A stretch of 64,000 nucleotides of DNA. Source: Cyanobacteriota bacterium. GTDB taxonomy: Bacteria; Cyanobacteriota; Cyanobacteriia; Thermostichales; Thermostichaceae. Shown one piece after another: positions 27,219 through 37,889 of this stretch. Location: the NCBI GenBank assembly GCA_033764955.1, contig JANRIL010000011.1, positions 64,001-128,000 of the forward strand, read 5' to 3'. Both the position numbers and the translations under genes were made by a program. The notes below the pieces were generated by a model that had not been told where the DNA came from, searched no databases, and saw only the letters and a program-made list of their open reading frames with translations. Position 1 is the stretch's first letter. Every line of letters starts with the position of its first letter.

Positions 27219-29393
27219 ATGTTTGACATCCGAGAACGCATCGAGTTTGACCGCAATGGACGGGCGTTCTGTCCCAGTTGCGAGATTAAGAAGGGGCGCA
27301 GACCGAGGCAGAAATCGCTGGCGGTGGTGCCGGGATCTGGTGGTGCTTACATCTGTCATGCTGGATGCACGGTGGACGAGATCCGGGCGGCGGTGGGTCA
27401 GCCTAAGTCCTCATCCATGCCTTTCTCGCATCCACAACGACCACACGAGCAGGATCCACCTTTCTACACAGAATCTCAGGTGATGAAGAATGTCGGGATC
27501 CTGGTGAATGGTAAAACTCCTGATGCAGTGGCTGCTCGACAGTGGCTGGAAAAGCGCGGCTTCACCACGGACATGATCCTGCACAACAGGCTGGGTTTAT
27601 TGGGATCCCATCTGCAAATCCCCATCCCCACGGATGATTCCAATTCCCAATTTCACCTCAAGAGCCGCATCGCCCCTTGGACAGGGAATACGGCTTGGGC
27701 ACAGAAAGGGATCCCAGCGATGGTCTTCTTTACGCATAAACCAGAAGGCGCAACCCAAACCTGGCTATGTGAAGGGGAATGGGATGCCCTGCTCTTGGGT
27801 TGGAAAGTCAGAGAAGCTGGGATCCAAGATATCGCAGTGGCTACCTTTACCTGTGGCTGCAACGCTATCCCGATGCAACTGGAATTGGAGCGGTTGGTGG
27901 GAGAGGTGATTATTTTCTACGACCGTGACCAGCCGGGGCAAAACGGATCCGAGAAGTTAGCCAAAAAACTTGGATCCTGTGCCCGTATCGCCCAGGTGCC
28001 TGCACCGGATATTTTTCCTAAGGGCTGGGATGTTTCTGATGCGCTTAATGCTGGTTTCACTCTAAGAGATCTGCAACAAGCTGCTAACCAATCCACTCCC
28101 TATTTGGGGGATAAAAGTCCTGCCCAGGAAGTGTATGGAGATCTCCTTTCTCGACTGGAACGAGCCTATCAATTGGAGTCCGCTTCAGAGCGGATTTATC
28201 ATCTGGAATTGCTCAGCCGGGAAGTGCGGATCCCAACTCCCCGCCCGGCCTCGATGTGGATGAACCATATTGCGGAAAAGGACACCAAGGATCCGCTGGA
28301 AGTTCACCAGTTTGTGGATAAATCGCCCGAGCGTCGTCCCTTCTTGATTCCTGGTTTTCTCCCCACCGGAACGATTGTGGTGTTGGTGGCGGATGGCGGC
28401 ACCGGGAAAACCTTGTTAGCAAACAACCTCTGTTTGTCGATAGCCAAAGGCGGATCCTGGAATGGTAAGCCTGTGAAACAAGGACGGGTATTGATCATCC
28501 AATCGGATGAACCAGAACTGGAATGTGCGGCGCGTCTACGAGATGCCAATTTTCCAGACTTGGATCCTGGATGGGTTTATGTCAAAACTAACTGGCAGTT
28601 CTCGCAATTGCCATTGTTGAAGAAGTGGTTGCAGCAATACCAGCCTGCACTGGTGATGATTGACTCGCTGACGGCCACCAATCGCCACAGCGAAGCGGAA
28701 GAACGAGACACCGCTTATGGGCTGGTGCTTTATGAGCTACGGGATCTAGCCAATCAATATGGGACAACATTCTTGGTGCTGCACCATACCAACAAGCTAG
28801 GGATTGAACGAGGCACCACCGCGATCCGTGACAACGTGGGAGAAGTCTGGTTACTCAAGCACGGAGACAAAGGGGATCCGAGCAACTTAGAACGCAAGCT
28901 GGTCATCGACAAATCCCGCACCGGATGTAATGACACCCACACCCTGGAACTCAACGATGAGGATTTCTCTTGGATCCTCAAACCAAAGGATCCGAATCAA
29001 GAGGGCAAAACTCCTTTGGAAGATCGCTTGCTGGATTTTATGGAGCGGACTGCCGGGATCCCGCGTGAGATTGAGGAGATTGCCCATGAGTTTCATGTCA
29101 GTTGGAGCAGTGCCCGTCGTGCTCTCAAAAAGTTATGGCGACTGGGGTATGTCAATGAAGAGACTGTGCAATCTGGATCCGTGGGTAAACCGAAGAAGGT
29201 CTACACCCACCCCCTCGTGACTAATATTCCAAACCCAAGCCCAGAGCCGGATCCGAATATTATTCATCTTTCCCCTGATTCTGAATATTATTCCCAACCC
29301 AGTCCTGGAGAGGCTTCCGAATATTATTCAGGCTCCGCCTCGCTGACGCGAACACCAACTACTCCTGTGTATAACCCTGCTCGACCCTTCTGA
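27219..29393 (+). CDS. Primase-helicase (Zn finger, TOPRIM, AAA_25/RepA-like helicase, wHTH)
   Basis: CPSC..CHAGC; LCEGEWDA, YDRDQPG and GWDVSD (TOPRIM); ADGGTGKT, MIDSL and LHHTNK. Confidence 0.9.
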   Translation: MFDIRERIEFDRNGRAFCPSCEIKKGRRPRQKSLAVVPGSGGAYICHAGCTVDEIRAAVGQPKSSSMPFSHPQRPHEQDPPFYTESQVMKNVGILVNGKTPDAVAARQWLEKRGFTTDMILHNRLGLLGSHLQIPIPTDDSNSQFHLKSRIAPWTGNTAWAQKGIPAMVFFTHKPEGATQTWLCEGEWDALLLGWKVREAGIQDIAVATFTCGCNAIPMQLELERLVGEVIIFYDRDQPGQNGSEKLAKKLGSCARIAQVPAPDIFPKGWDVSDALNAGFTLRDLQQAANQSTPYLGDKSPAQEVYGDLLSRLERAYQLESASERIYHLELLSREVRIPTPRPASMWMNHIAEKDTKDPLEVHQFVDKSPERRPFLIPGFLPTGTIVVLVADGGTGKTLLANNLCLSIAKGGSWNGKPVKQGRVLIIQSDEPELECAARLRDANFPDLDPGWVYVKTNWQFSQLPLLKKWLQQYQPALVMIDSLTATNRHSEAEERDTAYGLVLYELRDLANQYGTTFLVLHHTNKLGIERGTTAIRDNVGEVWLLKHGDKGDPSNLERKLVIDKSRTGCNDTHTLELNDEDFSWILKPKDPNQEGKTPLEDRLLDFMERTAGIPREIEEIAHEFHVSWSSARRALKKLWRLGYVNEETVQSGSVGKPKKVYTHPLVTNIPNPSPEPDPNIIHLSPDSEYYSQPSPGEASEYYSGSASLTRTPTTPVYNPARPF

Positions 29394-29404
29394 GGATCCG
29401 CATC

Positions 29405-31531
29405 ATGGCAACAGCAACCAAGCTCAGAACCCCTAGAAACAAATCCGCCGAGGTGGAATGGAGCCATTACCAAGAAGCCATTTTTGATTGGGCAGCTCAC
29501 GGATCCGGTCATGCCCTGGTCAATGCCGTGGCGGGATCCGGCAAGACTCAAACCCTGCGCGGGCTGGTCAGTCGGATCCCTTCTGACAAGAAGGTGGCTG
29601 TCTTAGCTTTCAATAACCACATGGCGGCGGAGCTGGCAGCTAAACTACCCAAGCGGATTACCGTCAGCACGATCCACCGGATGGGAATGTTTATGCTGAC
29701 TCGCTACTTTCGGTCAACCTTCCAATGCAACGAGTCGAAGTATCACGATCTGGCGACGGCTGCGGTGGAGCAGTTACGACCCAACTTCGCCTCTCTGCCA
29801 TCCAAGGAGTTAAAAGCAGTTGAACGAGAATGTCGGGGATTCCTCAAAGAGATTATCCACTACCTGCAAATCACCCTGACAGATCCGACTGAGGAGAACA
29901 TCCACCAATTGATTGGACACTTTGGACTGGAGACACCAGATCCTGCATTACTGGAATTGCTCCTTCCTTTACCTGCCAAACTTCTCGACCAAGGCAAAGC
30001 GTTAGGGGTGGTTCGCGCCAGCGGCGACTTGTCGCATCAACAAAATATCGGGCTGGATGATCTGCTCTGGCTGCCGCATGTGTTAGACCTGCAACCTGTC
30101 CAGAAAGACTGGGTGCTTGTAGATGAAGCCCAAGACTTGAGCCGTGCCCAGTTGGAATTGGTGCTGAAACTCCCCTCTGAAACAGGACGGATGGTGTTTG
30201 TGGGGGATCCCCATCAAGCCATTTTCGGATTCGCGGGGTCGGACGATCAATCTTGGGAACGGATCCGTGAAGCAATCCAGCCCAAGGAATTTCCCCTTTC
30301 CATTACTTATCGCTGCCCCACATCCCATGTGGCACTGGCATCCCGCCTAGTTCCCCAAATCGAGGCTAGACCGAATGCCCCGGCGGGGACGATTTCCGTG
30401 ATCCATCCTGGCAGCATCAAGCACCAGGTCAAGGTGGGAGATTTGGTCATCTGCCGCTTCATGGCTCCCTTAATTGCCCTGTGCCTGAAACTGGTCATAA
30501 ACAGTGGGATCCCTGCCAAAGTGAGGGGACGAGATCTAGGTAAGATGCTCATTTCCTTGACCAAAGATGTGGCAGACCATTTCCCCCATAACTTCTTGTC
30601 TGAACTGCGAAATCACGTTGCTGCCAAGGTGGAAATCTACCAGCGGGATGGGAAGGAATCTGCCATTGAATCCATCCATGATCGATCCCTGGCATTGGAG
30701 TCTTGTTTTGAGGCATTCGGGCTGAAGTGTCGCACTGTCCAAGATTTCTGCCAACGGATTGAGGGATTATTTGATGATGATGCCCCGTTAGCCAACCATG
30801 TCATCCTAGCCACGATCCATCGGGCTAAAGGAGACGAAGCAGAACGAGTTTTTCTACTTAAATCCGACTCGATGCCTGCCACATACTTAACTATAACAAA
30901 CTGGCAAACCCAGCAAGAACTGCATCTGCTTTATGTAGCGCTGACTCGCTCGAAGGGATCCCTATTTCTGGTGCCCATGCCCAAGAAGGTGGATCTGATG
31001 GATGAGTTGTTGGTGGATCCGTTTGGTGGGATCCAGTTTCCTAAAAGTCCTCTCTCTATTCCAGAGCCAATTACTCCACCCGCTGTAGAGCAATCTGCTC
31101 TAGTCATTTCTGATTTTGACATTGAGGTGGATGCTCTGTACCAGGCCATGAGAAAGATGCTCTTGGAGTTTGTTGAGGTCGCTCAGGTTTGGCAAGCAGA
31201 TTTCCCAGAGCAAATGAAAGTCGTTTGGGTGCGGTTGGGATCCGAACTTAAAGGATCCAACTGGGGGATCCCCTTCCGTTTTCACCTGGAACAACCAGAA
31301 CCGAAATCCCGCTCACCAGCTAAATTTCTACCGTTTCTAAGGGTAGGGGATATCTGCCGTTACATTGGGCCAGATGGAGCGATGAGAGTAACCTGCCAGG
31401 GGCGGGATCTCAAGGTGCTTGAGGTGAAAGGATCCATAGCCACCGTCAAGGCCATAAAAGATTACTTTCACCACCACGAGTGGATCCGTCCTTATGACAT
31501 TGAGATCCAACATTTAAGAAAGAAATCTTGA
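29405..31531 (+). CDS. UvrD/Rep-like SF1 helicase
   Basis: AVAGSGKT, VDEAQD, VGDPHQAIFGF, TYRCP, TIHRAKGDE and YVALTRSK. Confidence 0.9.
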   Translation: MATATKLRTPRNKSAEVEWSHYQEAIFDWAAHGSGHALVNAVAGSGKTQTLRGLVSRIPSDKKVAVLAFNNHMAAELAAKLPKRITVSTIHRMGMFMLTRYFRSTFQCNESKYHDLATAAVEQLRPNFASLPSKELKAVERECRGFLKEIIHYLQITLTDPTEENIHQLIGHFGLETPDPALLELLLPLPAKLLDQGKALGVVRASGDLSHQQNIGLDDLLWLPHVLDLQPVQKDWVLVDEAQDLSRAQLELVLKLPSETGRMVFVGDPHQAIFGFAGSDDQSWERIREAIQPKEFPLSITYRCPTSHVALASRLVPQIEARPNAPAGTISVIHPGSIKHQVKVGDLVICRFMAPLIALCLKLVINSGIPAKVRGRDLGKMLISLTKDVADHFPHNFLSELRNHVAAKVEIYQRDGKESAIESIHDRSLALESCFEAFGLKCRTVQDFCQRIEGLFDDDAPLANHVILATIHRAKGDEAERVFLLKSDSMPATYLTITNWQTQQELHLLYVALTRSKGSLFLVPMPKKVDLMDELLVDPFGGIQFPKSPLSIPEPITPPAVEQSALVISDFDIEVDALYQAMRKMLLEFVEVAQVWQADFPEQMKVVWVRLGSELKGSNWGIPFRFHLEQPEPKSRSPAKFLPFLRVGDICRYIGPDGAMRVTCQGRDLKVLEVKGSIATVKAIKDYFHHHEWIRPYDIEIQHLRKKS
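30012..30035 (+). repeat. 24-nt mobile mini-repeat (SDR-like); family copies near 131, 18506, 18754, 19298, 20233, 21253, 29330, 30012 and 57176
   Basis: TTCGCGCCAGCG-GCGAC-TT-GTCGC is inserted at G^ATC and is absent from the paralogue near 37268. Confidence 0.85.
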
Positions 31532-31574
31532 GATCGTAGTTCTTCAATCAAACCCTTGGCTTTGAAAGAGGTAA

Positions 31575-31805
31575 GTGATGAAAAAGATCAGACCCAAATT
31601 AGACCAAAACTGGATCTCAACCCTACAACTGGCTAAAGCTTTAGGTGTTTGCACCAAAACTCTCTACCGACTCAAAAATAGTGGTGCCCTTAAACCTGGG
31701 AAGCACTACATCATTGTCAGCGTCTCATCGGCTATCAGACCTACTTTTCGTTGGCATCTCGAAAGGTGCGAGTTGGCAATGGGAATCACCTTAGAAAAAC
31801 GCTAA
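31575..31805 (+). CDS. Excisionase/AlpA-like HTH protein
   Basis: WISTLQLAKALGVCTKTLYRLK..G.LKPGKHY; convergent with the integrase. Confidence 0.8.
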   Translation: MMKKIRPKLDQNWISTLQLAKALGVCTKTLYRLKNSGALKPGKHYIIVSVSSAIRPTFRWHLERCELAMGITLEKR

Positions 31806-33095
31806 TCAGAAACCCAGATCGGGCACCGAAACTGTCTCAACCTTGCCTGCATAGTGACGATGAATCACTTCCGGTTTATTCCCAACCCATTCAGATACTT
31901 GTCTGTAAGTGGCATCCTTCCGCTCAATACAATGGCTAATAAAGGTATCCCGCATCGCATAGGGTTCACGATAATGGCTAACCTTGCCTTCTTCGACCAA
32001 CTTGGTCACAATCCCAGGAACAAGGGTTTTATGGCGATTGGTATATCCCTTCCATGCCCTTCTGAGAAAATTACTGTGATTGAGTTGCTGACCTTCTTTA
32101 CTTTTAAATACTGGATCCTCAGGCTGAAAGTCCCTAGGTTTGATTGATTCCAGCAATTGTCGTAATAAGTCATTAATTGGGAATATTCTAGACTGATGAT
32201 TTTTCGGTGCCTTGCGAATATTAAATCCCGTATTTACAGCCTCTTCAAACTTGATCACTCCTGTCTTCAAATTGATATGTTTCCATTGCAGACCCACTGC
32301 ATCTTCTGGACGAGCCCCTGTGAGAAAGAGAAACTTTACGTAGGGATAGTAATAGCCGTAGCGTTTGTGGATACGAAAGGCTTCTAGAATAGCCTGAGCT
32401 TCTTCTCGGGTAAACGGATCCGGTTTGGATTCAGAGCGCACCTTGAGTTGCTTAGCTAATCCGGAAAAGGGATTGTAGTCTACCAATCCACATTCCATTG
32501 CCCATTCATAACAGGCGTTGAGCTGTACCAGGTATTTACGAGCCGTTACAGGCTTGCAGCCATCCACAAAGCAGAAATCTCTAAACTCAATCGCCCCCAG
32601 TCGGTCAGAAATAGTGTGGCCAAATTTGACCAATTTGCAACGGGTGTTGCTATAGGTCGATCTGATAGTGGTGACCTCAACGCTGGGAGCCTTATAGCTT
32701 ACGTATCGATCCCACAGATCCAGTGTGGGAACAGTTGGCTTGTCTGACTCAGCATTCTCCAGTTCTGGCAGGTGGTACTTCTTTAGATAAGGCAGCCAGG
32801 AGAATTCCTTGTTCTCAATCAGGGATCCCACCTTTCGGGCTTCCTTTTCAGCAACACTGACCCCTGCTGGGTTGGCTCTGGCTCCAATAGCAATTTCTTG
32901 CTGATGGGGCTTGTCGTGAGGGGATCCAGGTTTAGGGGGCAACATGGCTCTCAGGTAGAGCTTCAGCCCGCGATGACGAATCACAACCCCCACATTGCCA
33001 GCTCTTAGCCTTCCATTGGCTTGAGCTAGCCGTTCTTGGGTCACTTTGTCCAGATTATCCACACCAGCGGGTTTTGAGGGGGTGAGAGTTTTCAT
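31806..33095 (-). CDS. Tyrosine recombinase/integrase
   Basis: N-terminal arm-binding region typical of cyanobacterial integrases; LTGARPED (R), PYAMRDTF and VGNKPEVIHRHY (Y). Confidence 0.92.
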   Translation of the reverse strand: MKTLTPSKPAGVDNLDKVTQERLAQANGRLRAGNVGVVIRHRGLKLYLRAMLPPKPGSPHDKPHQQEIAIGARANPAGVSVAEKEARKVGSLIENKEFSWLPYLKKYHLPELENAESDKPTVPTLDLWDRYVSYKAPSVEVTTIRSTYSNTRCKLVKFGHTISDRLGAIEFRDFCFVDGCKPVTARKYLVQLNACYEWAMECGLVDYNPFSGLAKQLKVRSESKPDPFTREEAQAILEAFRIHKRYGYYYPYVKFLFLTGARPEDAVGLQWKHINLKTGVIKFEEAVNTGFNIRKAPKNHQSRIFPINDLLRQLLESIKPRDFQPEDPVFKSKEGQQLNHSNFLRRAWKGYTNRHKTLVPGIVTKLVEEGKVSHYREPYAMRDTFISHCIERKDATYRQVSEWVGNKPEVIHRHYAGKVETVSVPDLGF

Positions 33096-33248
33096 GGCTA
33101 TTACTTGCCTTACCTACGGGCTTACCTAAAAGTGGTGTCCGATCCAGACCCTTTTAGTCCCTATCTGTCCACATTGGGTGGTGAACACAGAAAAAAGAAA
33201 ATGGCTCAGATCCTTGACCTGAGCCTATTATAGCCTATTTAGTTTGGA

Positions 33249-33295
33249 TGCCAGGAACCAGACTTGAACTGGTGACACGAGGATTTTCAGTCCTC
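33249..33295 (-). tRNA. trnF: 3' half of tRNA-Phe(GAA): an att-site fragment, not a full tRNA
   Basis: The minus strand reads GAGGA-CTGAAAA-TCCTC-GTGTC-ACCAG-TTCAAGT-CTGGT-TCCTGGCA, with no D arm or 5' acceptor strand upstream. Confidence 0.9.
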
Positions 33296-33379
33296 AAGTT
33301 AAACCTCTGAAAGTCTGACTCAGACTGGCTTTCCGCTCTCTAAAAATCAGTTAGACTACTTCTGAACTAAGGGTAGAAA

Positions 33380-34630
33380 ATGATCATGTTAGAGAGACTT
33401 CGTGATACATCCAGCGACATTCAGCTACGTCTAAATCAATCGAATGAACGCTTAAGGCTATCAAATGTTGGAGTAAAGATCGAGCAACGAGGAAGCCGTT
33501 TGGCCATTCGGGGAACGTTTCCCCCTAAACCAGGATCCGGACAGTCAAAACCCAGTCAACAAAGGGTTTATCTGGGGATCCACGCCAACCCATCTGGTTT
33601 GAAGGTAGCTGAAGCTAAAGCACGGGAGATTGGGGCGCAACTGGATCTGGGGACTTTTCGCTGGGAACCTTACATTGCGGAACAGGATGGGACGATCCCT
33701 GGCTTGACTCCCCTGGGGTTATGGGATCGATACGCTACTTACCGAAAACCCAGCATTGCTGAGACAACTCTACGGAGCACCTACGCCCGTACCCGCAAGA
33801 AGTTAGCCCGTTACAACAAATCCATTTCAACGCGGTTAGAGGCAATCGAGTTCCGAAATTGGTTGCTCCAAGAATGCCGTCCTATAACCGCCAAAAAATA
33901 TCTGACCCAAGTGAACGCTTGCTACAACTGGGCTATGAATTGTGGGTTGATCCAAAAGAATCCTTTTGTCGGCATGGCGAAAGAACTGAAAGCACATTCG
34001 GATCACAAACCGGATCCCTTTACTGCTAATGAAGTGATAGCGATTCTAGGAGCATTTCAAGCCGACAAACGCTACCACTACTACTTGCCTTATGTGAGCT
34101 TCCTCTTTCTGACTGGAGCTAGACCTGAAGATGCTGTGGGTCTGAAGTGGAAACATATCAACTTGCTTAGAGGGGAGATCGAATTTTGTGAGGCTGTGGA
34201 TACAGGATTTGGTATTCGCAAAGACACCAAAACACATAGCTCCCGATGCTTTCCTCTCAATGAAGAACTGAAGACGATGCTCCTACAACTTAAGCCTGAA
34301 AAATGGGATCCTGAAATGCCTGTATTCAAAAGCCGTGAAGGGTGCCAACTAAATCACGCTAATTTCACCCGCCGTGCATGGTATGGGTATAAGAACCGAC
34401 ACAAGACTTTTGTCCCTGGAATCGTAACTCGATTAGCAGAGACAGGAGAAATTGCCCACTACCGAGAGCCATACGCGATGCGTGATACTTTCATTTCCCA
34501 CTGTCTGGAAGAAGGGATTAACCCTGTCCAGGTAGCGCAATGGGTCGGAAATAGCCCTGAAGTGATTCATCGACACTATGCTGGACTGGTGCGCCGAGCA
34601 TCTGTGCCAGAATTAGGGTTTAGCGCCTAA
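33380..34630 (+). CDS. Tyrosine recombinase/integrase
   Basis: LTGARPED, PYAMRDTF and VGNSPEVIHRHY; paralogue of 31806-33095. Confidence 0.92.
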   Translation: MIMLERLRDTSSDIQLRLNQSNERLRLSNVGVKIEQRGSRLAIRGTFPPKPGSGQSKPSQQRVYLGIHANPSGLKVAEAKAREIGAQLDLGTFRWEPYIAEQDGTIPGLTPLGLWDRYATYRKPSIAETTLRSTYARTRKKLARYNKSISTRLEAIEFRNWLLQECRPITAKKYLTQVNACYNWAMNCGLIQKNPFVGMAKELKAHSDHKPDPFTANEVIAILGAFQADKRYHYYLPYVSFLFLTGARPEDAVGLKWKHINLLRGEIEFCEAVDTGFGIRKDTKTHSSRCFPLNEELKTMLLQLKPEKWDPEMPVFKSREGCQLNHANFTRRAWYGYKNRHKTFVPGIVTRLAETGEIAHYREPYAMRDTFISHCLEEGINPVQVAQWVGNSPEVIHRHYAGLVRRASVPELGFSA

Positions 34631-34743
34631 GCGTGCCCAGTAGCAGAATGCCTTACCCTGAGAGCAACCAAGGGGACAAGGCACCTCAGCGCATAGGCAG
34701 GCCAAAGGCCACGTTTTGCAAGTGGGTACTACGGAGAAAGAGC

Positions 34744-35019
34744 ATGGAAGCTGCGACTATACAATTAACCGTTCCCTATGATCTGTTGGTCGGTGCCGTC
34801 TCTAGTTTGGATGTTGAACATAAGATCCAACTTCATCAACTGCTGAGCAAACAAATAGCTCGTGAACAGGTTTTACCTCGACCGAAGCCGATTGAGGAAG
34901 GTAGGGCAGCCGTTGATGCTTTTGCCAAGGCTGTGGAGAGAGCACTCCAGGAAAGTGGCATGACTGAGGATGAGCTAGCAGAAGCTCTTGCTCCTCATAA
35001 ATCCTCACACCTCAAATGA
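34744..35019 (+). CDS. Putative antitoxin
   Basis: MEAATIQL..., 91 aa, with an ATGA overlap into the PIN gene. Confidence 0.65.
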   Translation: MEAATIQLTVPYDLLVGAVSSLDVEHKIQLHQLLSKQIAREQVLPRPKPIEEGRAAVDAFAKAVERALQESGMTEDELAEALAPHKSSHLK

Positions 35020-35462
35020 TTCTTGTTGTTGATGCCAATGTCTTAATTGGTGAATCCCTGCGACAACGGGGGCAGCAATTAATTAAACATGCCAGCCTCA
35101 CAATTCATGCTACTGAGAAGGTATTAGATGAGGCTGGATATGAACTGCCGCTTCGGATTCAACAAATGATTCTTAGAAATCGTATCACTCAAGAGACTGG
35201 CAACCTCATTTTGCAACGAGGTATAGCCTTGATCAATACCAATGTTTCAGCGTATTCAAATGACTCTTTGCTTAATCTGGAACTAGAAGCTAAAGAACGG
35301 ATCCCTAGAGATCCCGACGACTGGCAAACAGTTGCTCTTGCTATAGTACTGGGAGCAGCAATATGGACTCTGGATTCAGACTTCTTGGGATGTGGAATCC
35401 CCACCTGGACAACAGAAACATTGATCAGTCACTTAAACCGTTATACATCTACTGAGATTTAA
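35016..35462 (+). CDS. PIN-domain toxin
   Basis: LVVDANVL, DPDDW and IWTLDSDF. Confidence 0.88.
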   Translation: MILVVDANVLIGESLRQRGQQLIKHASLTIHATEKVLDEAGYELPLRIQQMILRNRITQETGNLILQRGIALINTNVSAYSNDSLLNLELEAKERIPRDPDDWQTVALAIVLGAAIWTLDSDFLGCGIPTWTTETLISHLNRYTSTEI

Positions 35463-35557
35463 TTAGGTTTTCTGCTTCAGAAAAACGACCTCAGTGAAAA
35501 ACTCGCACCAATGGTGCGAGAAATATTTTGATGTAGAGTTTTTGGCCTTCACGGTTG

Positions 35558-35782
35558 CTACCCTCTTCTTTCTAGGGGAACCTCAAAATAAGCAGAACAG
35601 TTGCCCAAGTGCCACCGATATTGCGGACGAATGGCTTGTGGTGAACTAATAATTCGATAATGTTTGCCAATCTTGAGCAAGCCTTCATCCCGACGACGGT
35701 AGAGAGTATGGCGGGAGATTGCTAGAGCATTGAGTAATTCTGGCGTAGTTACCCAATCTGATGGTGGAAGTATGCGAGTCAT
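35558..35782 (-). CDS. Excisionase/AlpA-like HTH protein
   Basis: WVTTPELLNALAISRHTLYRRR..G.LKIGKHY; paralogue of 31575. Confidence 0.8.
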   Translation of the reverse strand: MTRILPPSDWVTTPELLNALAISRHTLYRRRDEGLLKIGKHYRIISSPQAIRPQYRWHLGNCSAYFEVPLERRG

Positions 35783-37878
35783 GTCTTTCTCCTCAAATGT
35801 CGAATTTCAATGTCATAGGACTGGATCCACTCATGGTGGTGAAAGTAATCTTTCATGGCCTTGACGGTAGCAAGGGATCCTTTCACCTCAAGCACCTTGA
35901 GGGTCCGACCCTGGCAGGTTACTCTCATTGCTCCATCTGGCCCGATGTAACGGCAGGTATCTCCCACTCGTAGGAAAGGCAAGTATTTTCCTGGAGAGCG
36001 GGATTTAGGTTCCGGTTGTTCCAGGTGAAAGCGGAACGGGATCCCCCAGTTGGATCCCTTGATCTCATCACTGAGCTGGATCCAGACCACCTGCATCTGC
36101 TCAGGGAAATCGGCTTGCCAAACCTGAGCCACCTCAACAAACTCCAGCAGCATTTTTCTAGCAGCTTGATGTAGAGCATCCACCTCAATTTCAAAATCAT
36201 TTCTGAGTGTCGCCGTTTGCTCTAGCACATTGATCTCTGGCTGTGGGAGTGATAGTGGGCTTTTGGGAAACTGGATCCCACCAAACGGATCAGTCAGCAG
36301 TTCATCCATGAGATCTGCTTTCTTAGGCATGGGCACTAAAAATAGGGATCCCTTCGAGCGGGTCAGTGCGACATAAAGCAGATGCAGTTCTTGTTGGGTT
36401 TGCCACTCTGTCGTAGCTAAGAATGTGGCAGGCATCGAGTCGGATTTGAGTAGAAAAACTCGCTCTGCTTCATCTCCTTTAGCCCGATGGATCGTGGCTA
36501 ATACGACGTGGCTGGCAAGGGGTGCATCGTCGTCAAACAATCCCTCAATCCGGTGGCAGAAATCTTGGACAGTGCGACACTTCAGACCGAATGCCTCAAA
36601 ACAGGACTCTAGGGCGATAGAACGGTCATGAATGGACTCAATTGCAGACTCTCTACCATCTCGCTGGTAGATTTCCACTTTGGCAGCAACGTGATTTCGC
36701 AGTTCAGACAAGAAGTTATGGGGGAAATGGTCTGCCACATCTTTGGTCAAGGAAATCAGCATCTTACCCAGATCCCGACCCCGTACCTTGGCCGGGATCC
36801 CACTGTGAATGACCAATTTCAGGCATAAACCAATTAAGGGAGCCATGAAGCGGCAAATCACTAAATCTCCCACTTTGACCTGGTGCTTGATGCTGCCAGG
36901 ATGGATCACGGAGATCATTCCCGCCGGGGCATCCGGTCGAGCCTTGATTTGAGGAACCAAGCGGGATGCCAGTGCCACATGGGATGTGGGGCAACGATAA
37001 GTAATGGAAAGTGGGAATTCCTTGGGTTGGATCGTCTCACGGATCCGTTCCCAGGATTGGTCATCAGATCCCGCGAATCCGAATATGGCTTGATGGGGAT
37101 CCCCCACAAACACCATCCGCCCTGTTTCAGAGGGGAGTTTCAACACCAACTCCAACTGGGCACGGCTTAAGTCCTGAGCTTCATCCACCAAGACCCAATC
37201 TTTCTGCACGGGTTGCAGATTCAACACATGGGGTAACCACAGCAGATCATCCAGTCCGATATTTTGTTGATCCACCCCTAAAGCTTTGCCTTGATCAAGG
37301 AGTTTGGCAGGTAAGGGAAGGAGTAATTCCAACAACGAGGGATCCGGTGTCTCCAGTCCAAAGTGTCGAATCAACGAGAGGATATTCTCTTCAGACGGAT
37401 CCGTCAGGGTGATTTGCAGGTAGTGGATGATCTCTTTGAGAAATCCCCGACATTCCCGCTCGACTGATTTAAGTTCTTTGGGTGGGATGGATGAGAAATT
37501 GGGTCGTAACTGCTCCACCGCAGCCGTCGCCAGGTCGTGATACTTCGACTCGTTGCACTGAAAAGCTGACCGGAAATAGCGAGTCAGCATGAACATTCCC
37601 ATCCGGTGGATCGTGCTGACGGTGATCCGTTTGGGTAGTTTGGCTGCCAGCTCTGCCGCCATGTGATTGTTAAAGGCGAGCACAGCCACTTTTTTGTCGG
37701 AAGGGATCCGACTCACTAGCCCGCGCAAAGTTTGCGTTTTACCGGATCCCGCCACCGCATTGACCAGGGCATGACCGGATCCGTGGGCTGCCCAGTCGAA
37801 AATGGCCTGTTGATAGTGGCTCCACTCCACCTCTGCAGATTCGTTTCTGGGGGTTCTGGTTCTGGTTGCTGTTGCCAT
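35779..37878 (-). CDS. UvrD/Rep-like SF1 helicase (paralogue)
   Basis: Nearly identical to 29405-31531; start placed at MATAT by homology. Confidence 0.9.
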   Translation of the reverse strand: MATATRTRTPRNESAEVEWSHYQQAIFDWAAHGSGHALVNAVAGSGKTQTLRGLVSRIPSDKKVAVLAFNNHMAAELAAKLPKRITVSTIHRMGMFMLTRYFRSAFQCNESKYHDLATAAVEQLRPNFSSIPPKELKSVERECRGFLKEIIHYLQITLTDPSEENILSLIRHFGLETPDPSLLELLLPLPAKLLDQGKALGVDQQNIGLDDLLWLPHVLNLQPVQKDWVLVDEAQDLSRAQLELVLKLPSETGRMVFVGDPHQAIFGFAGSDDQSWERIRETIQPKEFPLSITYRCPTSHVALASRLVPQIKARPDAPAGMISVIHPGSIKHQVKVGDLVICRFMAPLIGLCLKLVIHSGIPAKVRGRDLGKMLISLTKDVADHFPHNFLSELRNHVAAKVEIYQRDGRESAIESIHDRSIALESCFEAFGLKCRTVQDFCHRIEGLFDDDAPLASHVVLATIHRAKGDEAERVFLLKSDSMPATFLATTEWQTQQELHLLYVALTRSKGSLFLVPMPKKADLMDELLTDPFGGIQFPKSPLSLPQPEINVLEQTATLRNDFEIEVDALHQAARKMLLEFVEVAQVWQADFPEQMQVVWIQLSDEIKGSNWGIPFRFHLEQPEPKSRSPGKYLPFLRVGDTCRYIGPDGAMRVTCQGRTLKVLEVKGSLATVKAMKDYFHHHEWIQSYDIEIRHLRRKT

Positions 37879-37889
37879 GATGTGGATCC

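Larger units (their letters stand above)
26151..33295. mobile_element. Core of integrative satellite-like element A (repressor, Ner, primase-helicase, UvrD, Xis, integrase, att)
   Basis: Gene content and order, with a tRNA-Phe fragment next to the integrase. The left boundary is not defined and may include the cargo to the left. Confidence 0.75.

Noticed and set aside
33249..33295. Functional tRNA-Phe gene
   Set aside because: Only the anticodon arm, T arm and 3' acceptor strand are present; upstream sequence cannot form the D arm or the 5' acceptor strand.
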